A DNA stretch of 64,000 nucleotides from Candidatus Woesearchaeota archaeon (lineage in GTDB: Archaea > Nanobdellota > Nanobdellia > Woesearchaeales > JABIAG01): contig JABIAG010000003.1 in NCBI GenBank assembly GCA_018653365.1, forward strand, positions 158,830 to 222,829. Reading direction: 5' to 3'. How positions within the stretch are numbered: the first letter of the stretch is position 1; every line of letters starts with the position of its first letter. The notes beneath the pieces were generated by a model, which was not told where the DNA came from, ran no database searches, and worked only from the letters and a program-made list of their open reading frames with translations. The position numbers and the translations under genes were made by a program. Positions 1 to 9,692 of this stretch are shown here, piece by piece.

Positions 1-277
1 CTGCGATTACATATGAGAATGGTCCAAACCATGCCATGTCAATATGTTCTGCTCTCATTGCTTCTATTGCGGCGGTGTAGTCTGAGGTTACTTGTATTTC
101 AACGGGCATATCTAGTTTTTGTGAAAGGTATTCTTGTATTGGTTCATAATTTCTTAGCATTTCATCTGCATCATCTGCAGGGATCAATCCCATTTTTAGA
201 ACGTTTTCTTCTTCTTTTTGACATCCCACTAATGCGATTAGTAAGATCAGACAAATAACTAATATTTCTTTTTTCAT
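1..277 (-). CDS. phnD: PhnD/PtxB-family phosphonate/phosphite ABC transporter substrate-binding lipoprotein (5' part; runs off window)
   Basis: Not in ORF track. Manual translation MKKEILVICLILLIALVGCQKEEENVLKMGLIPADDADEMLRNYEPIQEYLSQKLDMPVEIQVTSDYTAAIEAMRAEHIDMAWFGPFSYVIA has a lipobox-like LVGC and the DY..IEAMR...D.A.FGPFSYV.A signature. SD GAGGTGGGG upstream. Confidence 0.85.
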   Translation of the reverse strand, partial: MKKEILVICLILLIALVGCQKEEENVLKMGLIPADDADEMLRNYEPIQEYLSQKLDMPVEIQVTSDYTAAIEAMRAEHIDMAWFGPFSYVIA

Positions 278-301
278 TTTTCCCCACCTCAGTCTGTTGT
301 T

Positions 302-703
302 TTATTGTTTTTTTATTCTATTTTTTATAGCAGTACTTGATTGATTTTTATAGTATGGAAGCATGATGATTCGTCCATTTGGAAGGGCCTTTTTTAATTT
401 CTTAAGATAAGGATTCCCTATGTGGCTTGTACTTTCTATTGTGATGTCTGGTTGTATGGCTTTTAAGTTCTCAATTGGAGAATATTCGTTTTGGGGAACT
501 GCACAATCAACACATTTGAGTGCACTTATAAGCTTCACGCGTTCTCTAAATGACAATGCAGGTCTTGCTTTTTTCTCCATTACGGCTTCATCTGTTAGCA
601 CTCCAACAATTAACTTATCTCCAAGCGCTTTTGCATTCTCCAAGAACAGTAAATGTCCTTCGTGCAATATATCTCCACATACGTAAGCATATACTATCTT
701 CAT
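302..703 (-). CDS. HIGH-family cytidylyltransferase (TagD / PEP-mutase N-terminal CyTase-like)
   Basis: GDILHEGH (HxGH), LIVGVLTDEAV, ER...ISALKCVD, C-terminal SSTAIK motifs. Confidence 0.85.
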   Translation of the reverse strand: MKIVYAYVCGDILHEGHLLFLENAKALGDKLIVGVLTDEAVMEKKARPALSFRERVKLISALKCVDCAVPQNEYSPIENLKAIQPDITIESTSHIGNPYLKKLKKALPNGRIIMLPYYKNQSSTAIKNRIKKQ

Positions 704-855
704 TTTTTTCCCTCTCCCACCTCATAGACTTAAGTTGAGACACTATTTATAAAGCTTACACCAAAACATTTATATATGATTGATGATTACTCCTTATTGG
801 TGATAACCTGGATTATGCTACTAAACGCCAAGCAAGCAAAATATTAAGCACGCTT

Positions 856-1458
856 GTGGGTAATAATGATACGAATTTTAAAACTCCTTCAAGATTTATA
901 GAACATTCTAAGGAGGTTGCAGGTAATGTTGAAGCGGTTTATGATAGATTAGGATTGCCCGCTCAAGAGGGTTGGTTAGCTGGTCTATTTCACGATATTG
1001 GAAGATGTTTTGCTAAGGATCCCAAAGGACACACATTTCATGAAATTGGGAGTGGTAGAATTATTGAAAGAGATGGTGTTGAGTTAAAATTGTCTCCTGA
1101 CCAAGCAATTTGTGATAGACTTGCACAATCCGTTAGATCTCATTTTTTAGTTGCAGAACAGTTTAGGATGCCAGAGTATGCAGAGTGGTTGCCTGGGTTT
1201 AGGGATGTTAATCCTGCACTTTTAACTCCTACTTCTTGGCAAGAGTTTGCAGTAGTTTATGGGGATATGACTGCTAGTGGTAAAGACAGACCTTATACCT
1301 TCACAGAACGAATCAGCTCAATCAAAGATAAGGATGGGAAGGCTGGAAGTTCAAGGTTAGTTGTTGTTGAACAAGCAGAAGGACGTTTATATGGTGTTGA
1401 ACGTATGGTTTTAAAAGCTATGGAAACGAAAAACCTAACTGGGTTAAACACCCTTTAA
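856..1458 (+). CDS. HD-domain protein (true start probably further upstream)
   Basis: EHS..VA, AGLFHDIGR, HE..S, YGD pattern; frame is open back to 787. Confidence 0.7.
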   Translation: MGNNDTNFKTPSRFIEHSKEVAGNVEAVYDRLGLPAQEGWLAGLFHDIGRCFAKDPKGHTFHEIGSGRIIERDGVELKLSPDQAICDRLAQSVRSHFLVAEQFRMPEYAEWLPGFRDVNPALLTPTSWQEFAVVYGDMTASGKDRPYTFTERISSIKDKDGKAGSSRLVVVEQAEGRLYGVERMVLKAMETKNLTGLNTL

Positions 1459-2237
1459 AATTTTCTTAATGTTTTTTTTATTTCAGTTTCTAATCTTTTT
1501 AGAAATTCCATCTCTCTATCAACTCGCAGGTATTTTTTAACTTTTAAATCAGTGAATAAGCTTCTTATGGCATAGTCTATGACTTCATAATTTACATCTG
1601 GTTTAGCTAGTTTTCCCATTCTTATGATTAACGCTTTTATGAGTGATTCTGGGTTAAGTTTTTTTCCAAACTCTTTTTCATGTTGTAATCTTCGTTTAAT
1701 TATTAATGGAAAATCTTCAGGTTTGAATTTATAATTCCAAATATCATTGGATAACATTTTTGTTTTAAACTTAAATGCACTATCTTTTTCTGTTATCTGT
1801 TTTTTTAAATTAAAATAGTCTATATCATCCCACAGTTCCCATTGTCCTGAGCAGGAAGATGCATTAGGTACAAAGAATTGGATTGGATCAAAAAAGGTTT
1901 CTAAATAAATTTCAGTCATAACCGCCACCATAGCTTTTATTGGGTTTATTCCAATTGTTGATTCTTGACTTGATTTTAAGTTCCCAAATTCAGTGAAGAT
2001 TCTGTCTTTTTCTTTTTTTATTAGTTTATACTCTTCTGAATTTTTTTTCGCATTAGTTTTATTTGTTGTTAGAATTTCTATTGCACTATTTACGACATTT
2101 ATCTGTTTATGAAGCGTTTTTAGATTTTTAGATTCTGTGTTGGATGTGTGTACTAAAGCATAAATTGCATTGTTAGTGTTACATCCACAAGCTTCTAACA
2201 TTTTTTCTACAATCGGAATGGTAAAAATGGCTTTCAT
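1455..2237 (-). CDS. hypothetical protein
   Basis: 260-aa ORF, TATA-like TTTAAATA upstream, no recognised motif. Confidence 0.6.
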   Translation of the reverse strand: MKAIFTIPIVEKMLEACGCNTNNAIYALVHTSNTESKNLKTLHKQINVVNSAIEILTTNKTNAKKNSEEYKLIKKEKDRIFTEFGNLKSSQESTIGINPIKAMVAVMTEIYLETFFDPIQFFVPNASSCSGQWELWDDIDYFNLKKQITEKDSAFKFKTKMLSNDIWNYKFKPEDFPLIIKRRLQHEKEFGKKLNPESLIKALIIRMGKLAKPDVNYEVIDYAIRSLFTDLKVKKYLRVDREMEFLKRLETEIKKTLRKF

Positions 2238-2323
2238 AAACCTAATATTCTTTATCCATATTTAAACCTTCTTTTTTTGTGCTTTAGAAAACCTTTATAA
2301 ACATATTTCTCCAATTTTTGTTC

Positions 2324-3814
2324 ATGACCTATTTAAAAAAAGGTTTAAAAGGAGTATCCTTATTGTTCATAACTACAATACTTGCGACCCTAATTGGGTA
2401 CATAACTCGCGCAGTTCTTGCTAGGTCTTTACAACCAGAACAATTTGGTCTGTTTTATGCTGTCTTGAGTTTGATGACTTTCATATTGATTTTTACTAAT
2501 TTTGGGTTTGGTTCTTCTTTAACCAAGCATGTTTCAGAGTTTGTTTCAAAGAAAGATCGTAACGCAATGAAAACCGTTATTGTTTTTGTTTCTTCTATTA
2601 AGCTTGGTCTTGCAGTAATTGCTTCACTTATCCTGTTTTTTCTTTCTAAGTTCTTGGCGGCTAACTATTTTAAGAACCCTGTTGCCGAAGTCCTTCTTCT
2701 TTTTTTTGCAGTAATATTAATTATCTCCACGTTTAATAGCTTATTATTAAACATATTTAATGGCCTTCAGAAATACTTTTTAATGGGGGGAATACAACTA
2801 TTTGAAAAAATAATGTTTTTAGTTTTCGTTTTAGTTTTCGTTTATAGTGGATTTACTAAGAATGCATCTTTGGCAACTTTTGCTTATCTTGTCGCATTAG
2901 CCCTAACTGGATTGGTTTTTGTTTTTGTTATGCTTAGACAAACACGATTATCTAGACTAAAGTTTTCACCTTCAAAAAAGCTTTTCAAAAAACTTTCTTC
3001 TTTTGCTTCTGCATCATTTCTTACTTCTGTTAGTCGAGTTGTAATTGGGTACATAGATACGCTTATGTTAACTTTTTTTACAACTTTAGCCCAGGTTGGA
3101 GTGTATAATGTTGTTTATCCAACTGTTTTGATGTTGACGGTTGTTGGTAAAGCAGTCAATAATGTTATCTTTCCAATGTCTTCAGAACTCTGGGCCAAGG
3201 GACTGAAAGATAAGTTAAAAGCTGGAATGATGATGATCCAAAGGGTGATTCTGGTAGTATTAATTCCTCTTGCTCTGGTTCTTTTGATCTTCCCAAAATT
3301 GATTATTACGTTATTGTTTGGAGCACCTTACGCTTCGGGTTATTTTGCAATGCAGATTCTGGCTTTGGGTGTGATTTTTGCTTCTATGGGCACGGTATAC
3401 TACTCCGTTCTTAAGGGCATTGGTAAGCCTTTAGAAGTCACAAAAATTGTTGGAATTGGTGCGGTCTTTAACATAGTTATGAACTTGATTTTAATTCCTA
3501 TTTGGGGTATTGAGGGTGCAGCCCTAACTACCACTTTAAGTTATCTATTGATGCTTATCTTGGCATCTTTTAAGTTGAAGAAATTTGTAAGTGTTCCTTT
3601 AAACCCCTCAATGTGGTTGAGGTTGGTTATTGGGGCAGTTGTATTCGTTGTAGTTGTTTATTTCTTGAACTCTTTGTTGACCTTTAATGTTTATCTCGCT
3701 GCAGTACTTTCTTTAATTGTTGGAGCTCTAGCTTATTTGGTGGTTTGTAAGTATTTGAAATTGATAACCCTGAAAGAAATAAACTTTTTTATTAAACAAT
3801 TAACTCATAAATGA
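2324..3814 (+). CDS. Wzx/MOP-family polysaccharide flippase
   Basis: About 14 TM segments, L.PEQFGLF, YIDTLML..F....VGVY, LIPIWGIEGAA. Confidence 0.9.
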   Translation: MTYLKKGLKGVSLLFITTILATLIGYITRAVLARSLQPEQFGLFYAVLSLMTFILIFTNFGFGSSLTKHVSEFVSKKDRNAMKTVIVFVSSIKLGLAVIASLILFFLSKFLAANYFKNPVAEVLLLFFAVILIISTFNSLLLNIFNGLQKYFLMGGIQLFEKIMFLVFVLVFVYSGFTKNASLATFAYLVALALTGLVFVFVMLRQTRLSRLKFSPSKKLFKKLSSFASASFLTSVSRVVIGYIDTLMLTFFTTLAQVGVYNVVYPTVLMLTVVGKAVNNVIFPMSSELWAKGLKDKLKAGMMMIQRVILVVLIPLALVLLIFPKLIITLLFGAPYASGYFAMQILALGVIFASMGTVYYSVLKGIGKPLEVTKIVGIGAVFNIVMNLILIPIWGIEGAALTTTLSYLLMLILASFKLKKFVSVPLNPSMWLRLVIGAVVFVVVVYFLNSLLTFNVYLAAVLSLIVGALAYLVVCKYLKLITLKEINFFIKQLTHK

Positions 3815-4312
3815 TTACTTTATTACTTTTAATTCAACCTCAATCATGTCATGGATCTCATTGAATAAGTAATTAGCATATTTTCTTAAGAATTTTGGTA
3901 ACATTTTTCCATATCTTGTTGGACGTAACTCGTTCTTTATTAGTTCAAACTTGTTTTTCTTTTCATAACTATAACTATCATGTCCGCGTACTATTTGTTC
4001 TATTGCTCTTCTATTAAAGTGGTGTTTGTGGGTTATGTCATTAAAGCTTAGGATACTTTTACAGTAAGGTACTCGAATTTGGATTAGGCATCCATTTTTC
4101 GCTATCCTGTGTAATTCTTCAATAACTTTTTCTGGGTCTTCTAGGTGTTCAAGTACATTATCAACAAGTATTAACTCAAAAGAATCAGCTTTAAGTGGAT
4201 AGGGAAATTTGTTAAAGTCAAATGATTTGTCAACGCCTTTGTGTTTTTGTAGGTCTACATTAACAAAACCTTCTTTTATTTTTATTCCGCAACCAAAATT
4301 TAATTTTTTCAT
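3815..4312 (-). CDS. class I SAM-dependent methyltransferase (type 11)
   Basis: KLNFGCG, NVLEHL, ELHRI...G....IRVP. Confidence 0.85.
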   Translation of the reverse strand: MKKLNFGCGIKIKEGFVNVDLQKHKGVDKSFDFNKFPYPLKADSFELILVDNVLEHLEDPEKVIEELHRIAKNGCLIQIRVPYCKSILSFNDITHKHHFNRRAIEQIVRGHDSYSYEKKNKFELIKNELRPTRYGKMLPKFLRKYANYLFNEIHDMIEVELKVIK

Positions 4313-5850
4313 TTTATTATTTTCAAAACCCATCTGTTTATTTTATATTCAAGATCAAGGTATTTAAAAAACTTCGTGTGCCAACGTAATTTTTCTACTA
4401 TTGCTATAAAGAAGTCTCTTTTCCCTTTCTTCTTTAATATCTCAATTAAGGAAGGCACAACAAATTGTGAGTAGTACGCATTTACAAATAGTACAAAGTC
4501 TTTATTTTTTATCCAGTTATAGCTATATACGTCACCATACCCTACCACGTGGTCTATATCTTTTTCTTCTGAGATGCTCCATCCATCTAATTTATCCGGT
4601 TCTTTAAATCCCATTTTTTTGCACTCTTCATAAAGTGTTGAACCAGGATATGGTCTAAATACTTGTGGACCGTTGAATGTTGCATCGGGACAAAGTTTTT
4701 TTATTGTTTTAACCAGTTTTAGGGTGTTTTTCATATCTTCTTTAGTTTCTCCAGGTAAACCGATCATGAATGAATAGAATGCACTTATGTTATGTTTGTT
4801 TAGTATTTTTGCTGAATTTTCAGTGTCTTCAACAGTTATGTCTTTTTTTAGTAGTTCTAAAATCCTGTTTGATCCTGATTCTGCTCCAAGTTTTAGATAA
4901 ACGCATCCACTCTTTTTGATTAGTTTTAGTAGATTTTCGTTAAGATGGGTTTCTTTGAATTCGCTTGCACGTACTGTGGTGCTCCATTTTATGTTTAATT
5001 TTCTTTCTATAATTCCTTCACATATTTCTTTAGCTCTTTTTTTATCTAAAAAAAAGTTTTCATCACGAAATATTATGAAGTCCATATCAAATTTGTTTTT
5101 GGCGTCTTCGAGTTCTTGCAAAACTCGTTTTGGGCTTTTCATTCTCCATTTTTGCCATCTTGGCAGTATGTTGTTTATGCAGAAGGTACAACTATGTGGG
5201 CATCCTCTCGAAGAGTTTATGGAAATGGTCTTTACTTTTTCTCTTTCAGGGAAAAATCTTTTATATGGCGCTTCTAAATATAATCTCATGTCTAATAATT
5301 CCCAGTTAGGAAGTGGACTATTCTCAATATCAACAAATGAGCAAGGGGGATTTATTATTACCTGTCCCTCTTTTTTATATGCTATTCCTCTTATGTCTGT
5401 TATGCTCTCTTTTTTTTGTAATCTTTTGGTAAGTTCGGTAAGTGTTTCTTCACCTTCATAGAGCACAACATAATCAATTAGGGGGTGTTCACAGCATTGT
5501 TTTGGATAAAGCGTTGGATGAACCCCGCCCCACACTATTTTTATTTCAGGATTTATCTTTTTAATTAATTCTGTAAGTTTAAGTGAACTTTTTATGCAGT
5601 CTGTCATAACCGAAAACCCGACAACGATTGCGTCTTTAAGTTCTTCTTTTATCTTCTTTATGTAATCCTCTCCAATTTGATGGTAAGCAAACACATCAAT
5701 AAATTTTACATTAATGTTTTCTTTAGAAAGCTCGGTTGCAATACTAAATAATCCCATGGGAATGTGAAATCTTTCAATTCCAACTTTTTTGAGTGGGTTA
5801 GGGGGAGCGTCTTCGCCTGCAATGGGGTTAATCAATACTACTTCTGCCAT
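4309..5850 (-). CDS. B12-binding radical SAM protein
   Basis: PMGL..IA, VWGGVHPT, EGEET, SRGCPHSCTFC (CxxxCxxC), GAESGS, IGLPGET. Confidence 0.92.
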   Translation of the reverse strand: MAEVVLINPIAGEDAPPNPLKKVGIERFHIPMGLFSIATELSKENINVKFIDVFAYHQIGEDYIKKIKEELKDAIVVGFSVMTDCIKSSLKLTELIKKINPEIKIVWGGVHPTLYPKQCCEHPLIDYVVLYEGEETLTELTKRLQKKESITDIRGIAYKKEGQVIINPPCSFVDIENSPLPNWELLDMRLYLEAPYKRFFPEREKVKTISINSSRGCPHSCTFCINNILPRWQKWRMKSPKRVLQELEDAKNKFDMDFIIFRDENFFLDKKRAKEICEGIIERKLNIKWSTTVRASEFKETHLNENLLKLIKKSGCVYLKLGAESGSNRILELLKKDITVEDTENSAKILNKHNISAFYSFMIGLPGETKEDMKNTLKLVKTIKKLCPDATFNGPQVFRPYPGSTLYEECKKMGFKEPDKLDGWSISEEKDIDHVVGYGDVYSYNWIKNKDFVLFVNAYYSQFVVPSLIEILKKKGKRDFFIAIVEKLRWHTKFFKYLDLEYKINRWVLKIIK

Positions 5851-5851
5851 T

Positions 5852-6949
5852 TTATTGATCACCAAATGTTGATTTATAAAGATTTCTTAACTTGTCTGAT
5901 ACATTCTCAATATCAAACTTTTTCTGGTATTCTTTGTTAAATTTTTGCATCTCTTTCATTTTTTTAGGATTTTTAAAAAGATAAACTATCTTTTGGGCAA
6001 TTTCTTTAGGATTCACTGAGTTAAGAAGCAAACCGTTAATTCGATCTTTGATTAGTTCATCATTTCCATGCCAGGGCGTACAGATCACGGTGGGTCCTGC
6101 GGTAATCGCTTCTAAGATAACATTGGAACATCCCTCTGTATGTGTGGTTGCCAATACAAATATTTCTGATCGTTTCATTTCTTTTATTGCTTGTTTATGT
6201 GCTAATCTTCCTGTAAATTTAACAACGCTCTCTAATTTCAGTTCTTTAACGATCTCTCTAACGTGCTTATCTTCTCCCTCTCTTCCACTTCCCACTATAT
6301 TAAGCGTGGTATCTGGAAATTCTTTAAGAATAACTGGGAGCGCTTCAACTATTTTGTCAACATTTTTTGATTTTCTTATAGTTCCAACATAGATTAGCGA
6401 GTGCTTTTGTGGTTTGTAAGGTTCTATGAAATCATTTAATACAATTCCATTTGGGATCACGTCTGTATTTGTAAACTTAAATTGTCTTGCAACATATTTT
6501 TTCATATAATTAGAAAGGGCTATGAATTTTGAGCACTTTTTAAGAATTATTTTTTTGATTATTTTTATGCACTTGCCTCCAAGAAAGACATCTTCTCCTC
6601 TACCATATACTATGTAAGGAATGTTTAAGAATTTTTTAGCTAAGTATCCAATTCCACATAATTCAATTTCTAAAATGAAGTCAGGGTTTATTTTTTTTAT
6701 TTTTTTTAACAGTTTTGAAAAATATATTAGAGTGCCAATTGTTGAGTCAGTTCTATTAACTCGAATTATTTTCAATCCAGTAAAGTCATTTTGGTTTTTG
6801 AGTTTCTCTTGAGTGAAGTGTGCTTTTTTCCTTGTCAATAGGTAAACTTCATCGCCTGCAGCAAGCATTTTACCAACATATTTATTGATGTTGATTGTTA
6901 TGCTATCAGCATTTCCTGAGAAGTGATTAGCATGTATCACAATTTTCAT
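5852..6949 (-). CDS. glycosyltransferase family 4
   Basis: VIPNGI, YVGTIRKSK, EGCSNVILEA; ATG at 6949 overlaps the upstream stop (ATGA). Confidence 0.9.
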   Translation of the reverse strand: MKIVIHANHFSGNADSITININKYVGKMLAAGDEVYLLTRKKAHFTQEKLKNQNDFTGLKIIRVNRTDSTIGTLIYFSKLLKKIKKINPDFILEIELCGIGYLAKKFLNIPYIVYGRGEDVFLGGKCIKIIKKIILKKCSKFIALSNYMKKYVARQFKFTNTDVIPNGIVLNDFIEPYKPQKHSLIYVGTIRKSKNVDKIVEALPVILKEFPDTTLNIVGSGREGEDKHVREIVKELKLESVVKFTGRLAHKQAIKEMKRSEIFVLATTHTEGCSNVILEAITAGPTVICTPWHGNDELIKDRINGLLLNSVNPKEIAQKIVYLFKNPKKMKEMQKFNKEYQKKFDIENVSDKLRNLYKSTFGDQ

Positions 6950-7752
6950 TTTATTGCTATTACCTCTATATGGGATCTTCCACTGGGAATTAAGAATCCC
7001 ATCAAGAACCAAAGTTTTCTTGACAAATAATTCAGTAATTTGTGATTTTTTAGTATTTTTCCTAGTTTAAACTGGTACTCATAGTGCACTACACTTTTTA
7101 ATTGGTATATTTTTTCATCAAGGGAGATGTGCTTTTCCTTTTTTATTTTAAAGCCCTCTTTTTTGAATAGGGCAACAACTTCTTTTAACATAAATAATCT
7201 TGAGTGTCTGTCAAAATAAGGTCTGCCTTTTGAGGAGTATCTTAAGGTATAGAACTTATCAACATTTCCATAAACACTTTTATGAAACCAGGGGTATATT
7301 CGTTTTTGTAGTGCTATTGCGTTAGGTACAGTACAAATAACGCTTCCGCCAGGTTTTAGCACTCGAAACATTTCTTTGATACACTCTCTTGGATGAAATA
7401 GGAAATGTTCCATAATCTCTGTAAAAATTACGTGATCAAAGGTATTATCTTTAAAGGGGAATTTGTCTCTTTCAGCATCTAGTTCAACCCACGCAAAGCC
7501 ATACTTTTGCATTCTTTCAGGGTAAGCTTGTTTTAAGTTTATTCCAGTTATTTCACATCCAATTTTAAGTAAGGCTATATCGATGTGTGCTCGTCCCATT
7601 CCTACATCTAAAACCTTGCTATTTTTTTTTATATTTTCTAGAATGCGAACATATCCTGGATGGCGAAGATTAAAATATTTTTCTTTCTCATCTTTTGTTA
7701 ATTCAGGAGTTATTGAACTTAATAGCTTTTTAGCTTCTTTTTTATCTACCAT
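6946..7752 (-). CDS. class I SAM-dependent methyltransferase
   Basis: VLDVGMG, FPFKDNTFD, EIMEH, RVLKPGG...TVPN. Confidence 0.9.
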   Translation of the reverse strand: MVDKKEAKKLLSSITPELTKDEKEKYFNLRHPGYVRILENIKKNSKVLDVGMGRAHIDIALLKIGCEITGINLKQAYPERMQKYGFAWVELDAERDKFPFKDNTFDHVIFTEIMEHFLFHPRECIKEMFRVLKPGGSVICTVPNAIALQKRIYPWFHKSVYGNVDKFYTLRYSSKGRPYFDRHSRLFMLKEVVALFKKEGFKIKKEKHISLDEKIYQLKSVVHYEYQFKLGKILKNHKLLNYLSRKLWFLMGFLIPSGRSHIEVIAIK

Positions 7753-7830
7753 CTTATTCGAATACTTCAGACATTTTTAAATATTCTTGTTGTTTTGGTT
7801 TATTCAACTAGAACGGATTTTAAGATGGGA

Positions 7831-8589
7831 TTATTGATTGATTTTTTCTTCTATTTTTTTTAGTAGAAGATGGTTTTTGGTCATATAAGCTATAACCCTT
7901 AACGGTTCATAAACTGCGTAGAATAAAACAAATATGTCTAATCTATTAATTGTAAATGCAATAATTAAGATTACAAATACCCATTTTCTTGGAATGTTTA
8001 AAACCAGCATACCTAATTTGAACATGGAAAACTTTTTCTTTTTGTGTTCTGTTACTTTTTCTTTTTCATAATTTGCTTTAAATAATGCTGCCTTTTTTAA
8101 TGTTGAAGCCATCCCAGCCATCATTGTAAAGAATGCAGTAATTCCGCCTGCCAGAATATAAATTGGGTTTCCAGTGTTTATGAAAACTCCCACGCCTATT
8201 CCTAAATAGTGAAGTGTAAACTCAGAGTGGTGGTAGAGGAGTGCGAGATACATTGATTGTATTCTTGTTGAGGTTTTTCTACATCTTGCCACAACTCCAT
8301 CGGCATAATCTATGCATTCTGCCACAAATAGCAAGATTATTGCTGTTAACGAGTACCAAAAAGTTCCTGCTGAAAATAGTCCTGCAGATAAGAATAACAC
8401 TATTGTTCCAAGAACTGTTACTTGGTTTGCGGTAATTGGGGTGTATAGTAATAATTTGGCGATTACAACACCACAACATCTTAGAACAGTATGTTGTATT
8501 TTAGTGAAGTTTAATTTTGTATTTCCTTTATTAAGCTCTTCATTCCGGCTAAACCCTTTTTCTATTACTTCCTTAAAGCTAATGCGCAT
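7831..8589 (-). CDS. CDP-alcohol phosphotransferase family protein, degenerate motif
   Basis: TANQVT and DYADGVVAR; second half of motif reads SMYLALLYH instead of GxxxDxxxD. Confidence 0.8.
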   Translation of the reverse strand: MRISFKEVIEKGFSRNEELNKGNTKLNFTKIQHTVLRCCGVVIAKLLLYTPITANQVTVLGTIVLFLSAGLFSAGTFWYSLTAIILLFVAECIDYADGVVARCRKTSTRIQSMYLALLYHHSEFTLHYLGIGVGVFINTGNPIYILAGGITAFFTMMAGMASTLKKAALFKANYEKEKVTEHKKKKFSMFKLGMLVLNIPRKWVFVILIIAFTINRLDIFVLFYAVYEPLRVIAYMTKNHLLLKKIEEKINQ

Positions 8590-8626
8590 ATTTTTATCAA
8601 TTCAAATATGGTTTATAAATTTATCC

Positions 8627-9145
8627 CTAGTTAACCTTTTCTTTCAAGAAGTGCAGTAGTTTTTCTACGCCCTCTTCAACACTTTCTTTATCCGTTTCTA
8701 TTACCACATCTGGATTTTCTGGTTCATGATACGGGGTGGTAATTCCAACAAAGTTGTCCCATACGCCCTCTCTGAACTTTTTATAGTTTCCTTGTGGGTC
8801 TCTTTCTTCACATTCTTTGATAGGACATTTTACGTAAGCCCAGTATATTTTATTTCCTGTTTGGATTGCATAATCTTTTGATTCCTTTGTTGCTGCTATT
8901 GCACTTGCAATGTTGATTATTCCGTTTTTTGTTAGTAAGTGGCATACATTTGCAATGGTTTGTCTTATCTTATGACGTTCTTCATCGCTATATCCCAGTT
9001 CGGGCAGTACCTCTTTTCGTATTACGTCTGCATCAATGATAACTATCTTTTTCCCTTCCTCTCGTAGTCTTTCTGCAAGTTTGTCTGCGATTGTTGTTTT
9101 TCCTGATCCACTTAATCCTGTTAACCATAATGTAAATGCTTTCAT
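8627..9145 (-). CDS. cysC: adenylyl-sulfate kinase homolog
   Basis: WLTGLSGSGKTT P-loop, DADVIR, ERDPQGNYKK, NFVGITTPY.EPENPD. Confidence 0.85.
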   Translation of the reverse strand: MKAFTLWLTGLSGSGKTTIADKLAERLREEGKKIVIIDADVIRKEVLPELGYSDEERHKIRQTIANVCHLLTKNGIINIASAIAATKESKDYAIQTGNKIYWAYVKCPIKECEERDPQGNYKKFREGVWDNFVGITTPYHEPENPDVVIETDKESVEEGVEKLLHFLKEKVN

Positions 9146-9690
9146 TTTGTTCCCCCAATTTTGTTTATTTCTTCATAAAATTCTGACCAATTATTCACTC
9201 GATTAAAACCCTCTTTATCTGTGTTATAAGGCCATGAAAATAAAAACTTATGTTTTACGTTTAAATCCTCTAGTAATTTTGCTGTGTCATCAATGTACAC
9301 ATCACATTCCTCGCATTTCTCTTTTTTTGAGCGGTCTTGTCCAACTCCTTCAAATAGGATTTCTACACCCTGTTCTTTTAGCCAAGTTCTAGCAATGTTC
9401 AACTTGTTATTTATTCTTGCGGTTACAACGCTTACGTTATGTCCATCTGCAATTAATTTTTTTATTGTTTCTATTGCTTCAGGTATTGCTTCCATGAATT
9501 TGGCATATTTTTCACTACTGGCTACTGTTTCTTGTAGTTCTCTGTAGTGTTCTAGGCTAATGACTCCGTTTAGTTTTGTTGCGTCACAGTTTTCTAGAGG
9601 GAGTTGTTTTCCGTACAGGTCTTCACACACTCTACTTTTTAATTTAGCCGAGTTGTGTATTACTCCGTCAAAGTCCAGTCCTATTTTCAT
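9142..9690 (-). CDS. HAD-superfamily hydrolase (NT5C-type nucleotidase-like)
   Basis: IGLDFDGV, VVTAR, YIDD, PYN, RVNNWSE. Confidence 0.85.
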   Translation of the reverse strand: MKIGLDFDGVIHNSAKLKSRVCEDLYGKQLPLENCDATKLNGVISLEHYRELQETVASSEKYAKFMEAIPEAIETIKKLIADGHNVSVVTARINNKLNIARTWLKEQGVEILFEGVGQDRSKKEKCEECDVYIDDTAKLLEDLNVKHKFLFSWPYNTDKEGFNRVNNWSEFYEEINKIGGTK

Positions 9691-9692
9691 TT

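Noticed and set aside
13-258. + strand 81-aa ORF
   Set aside because: Antisense shadow of the phnD-like gene.
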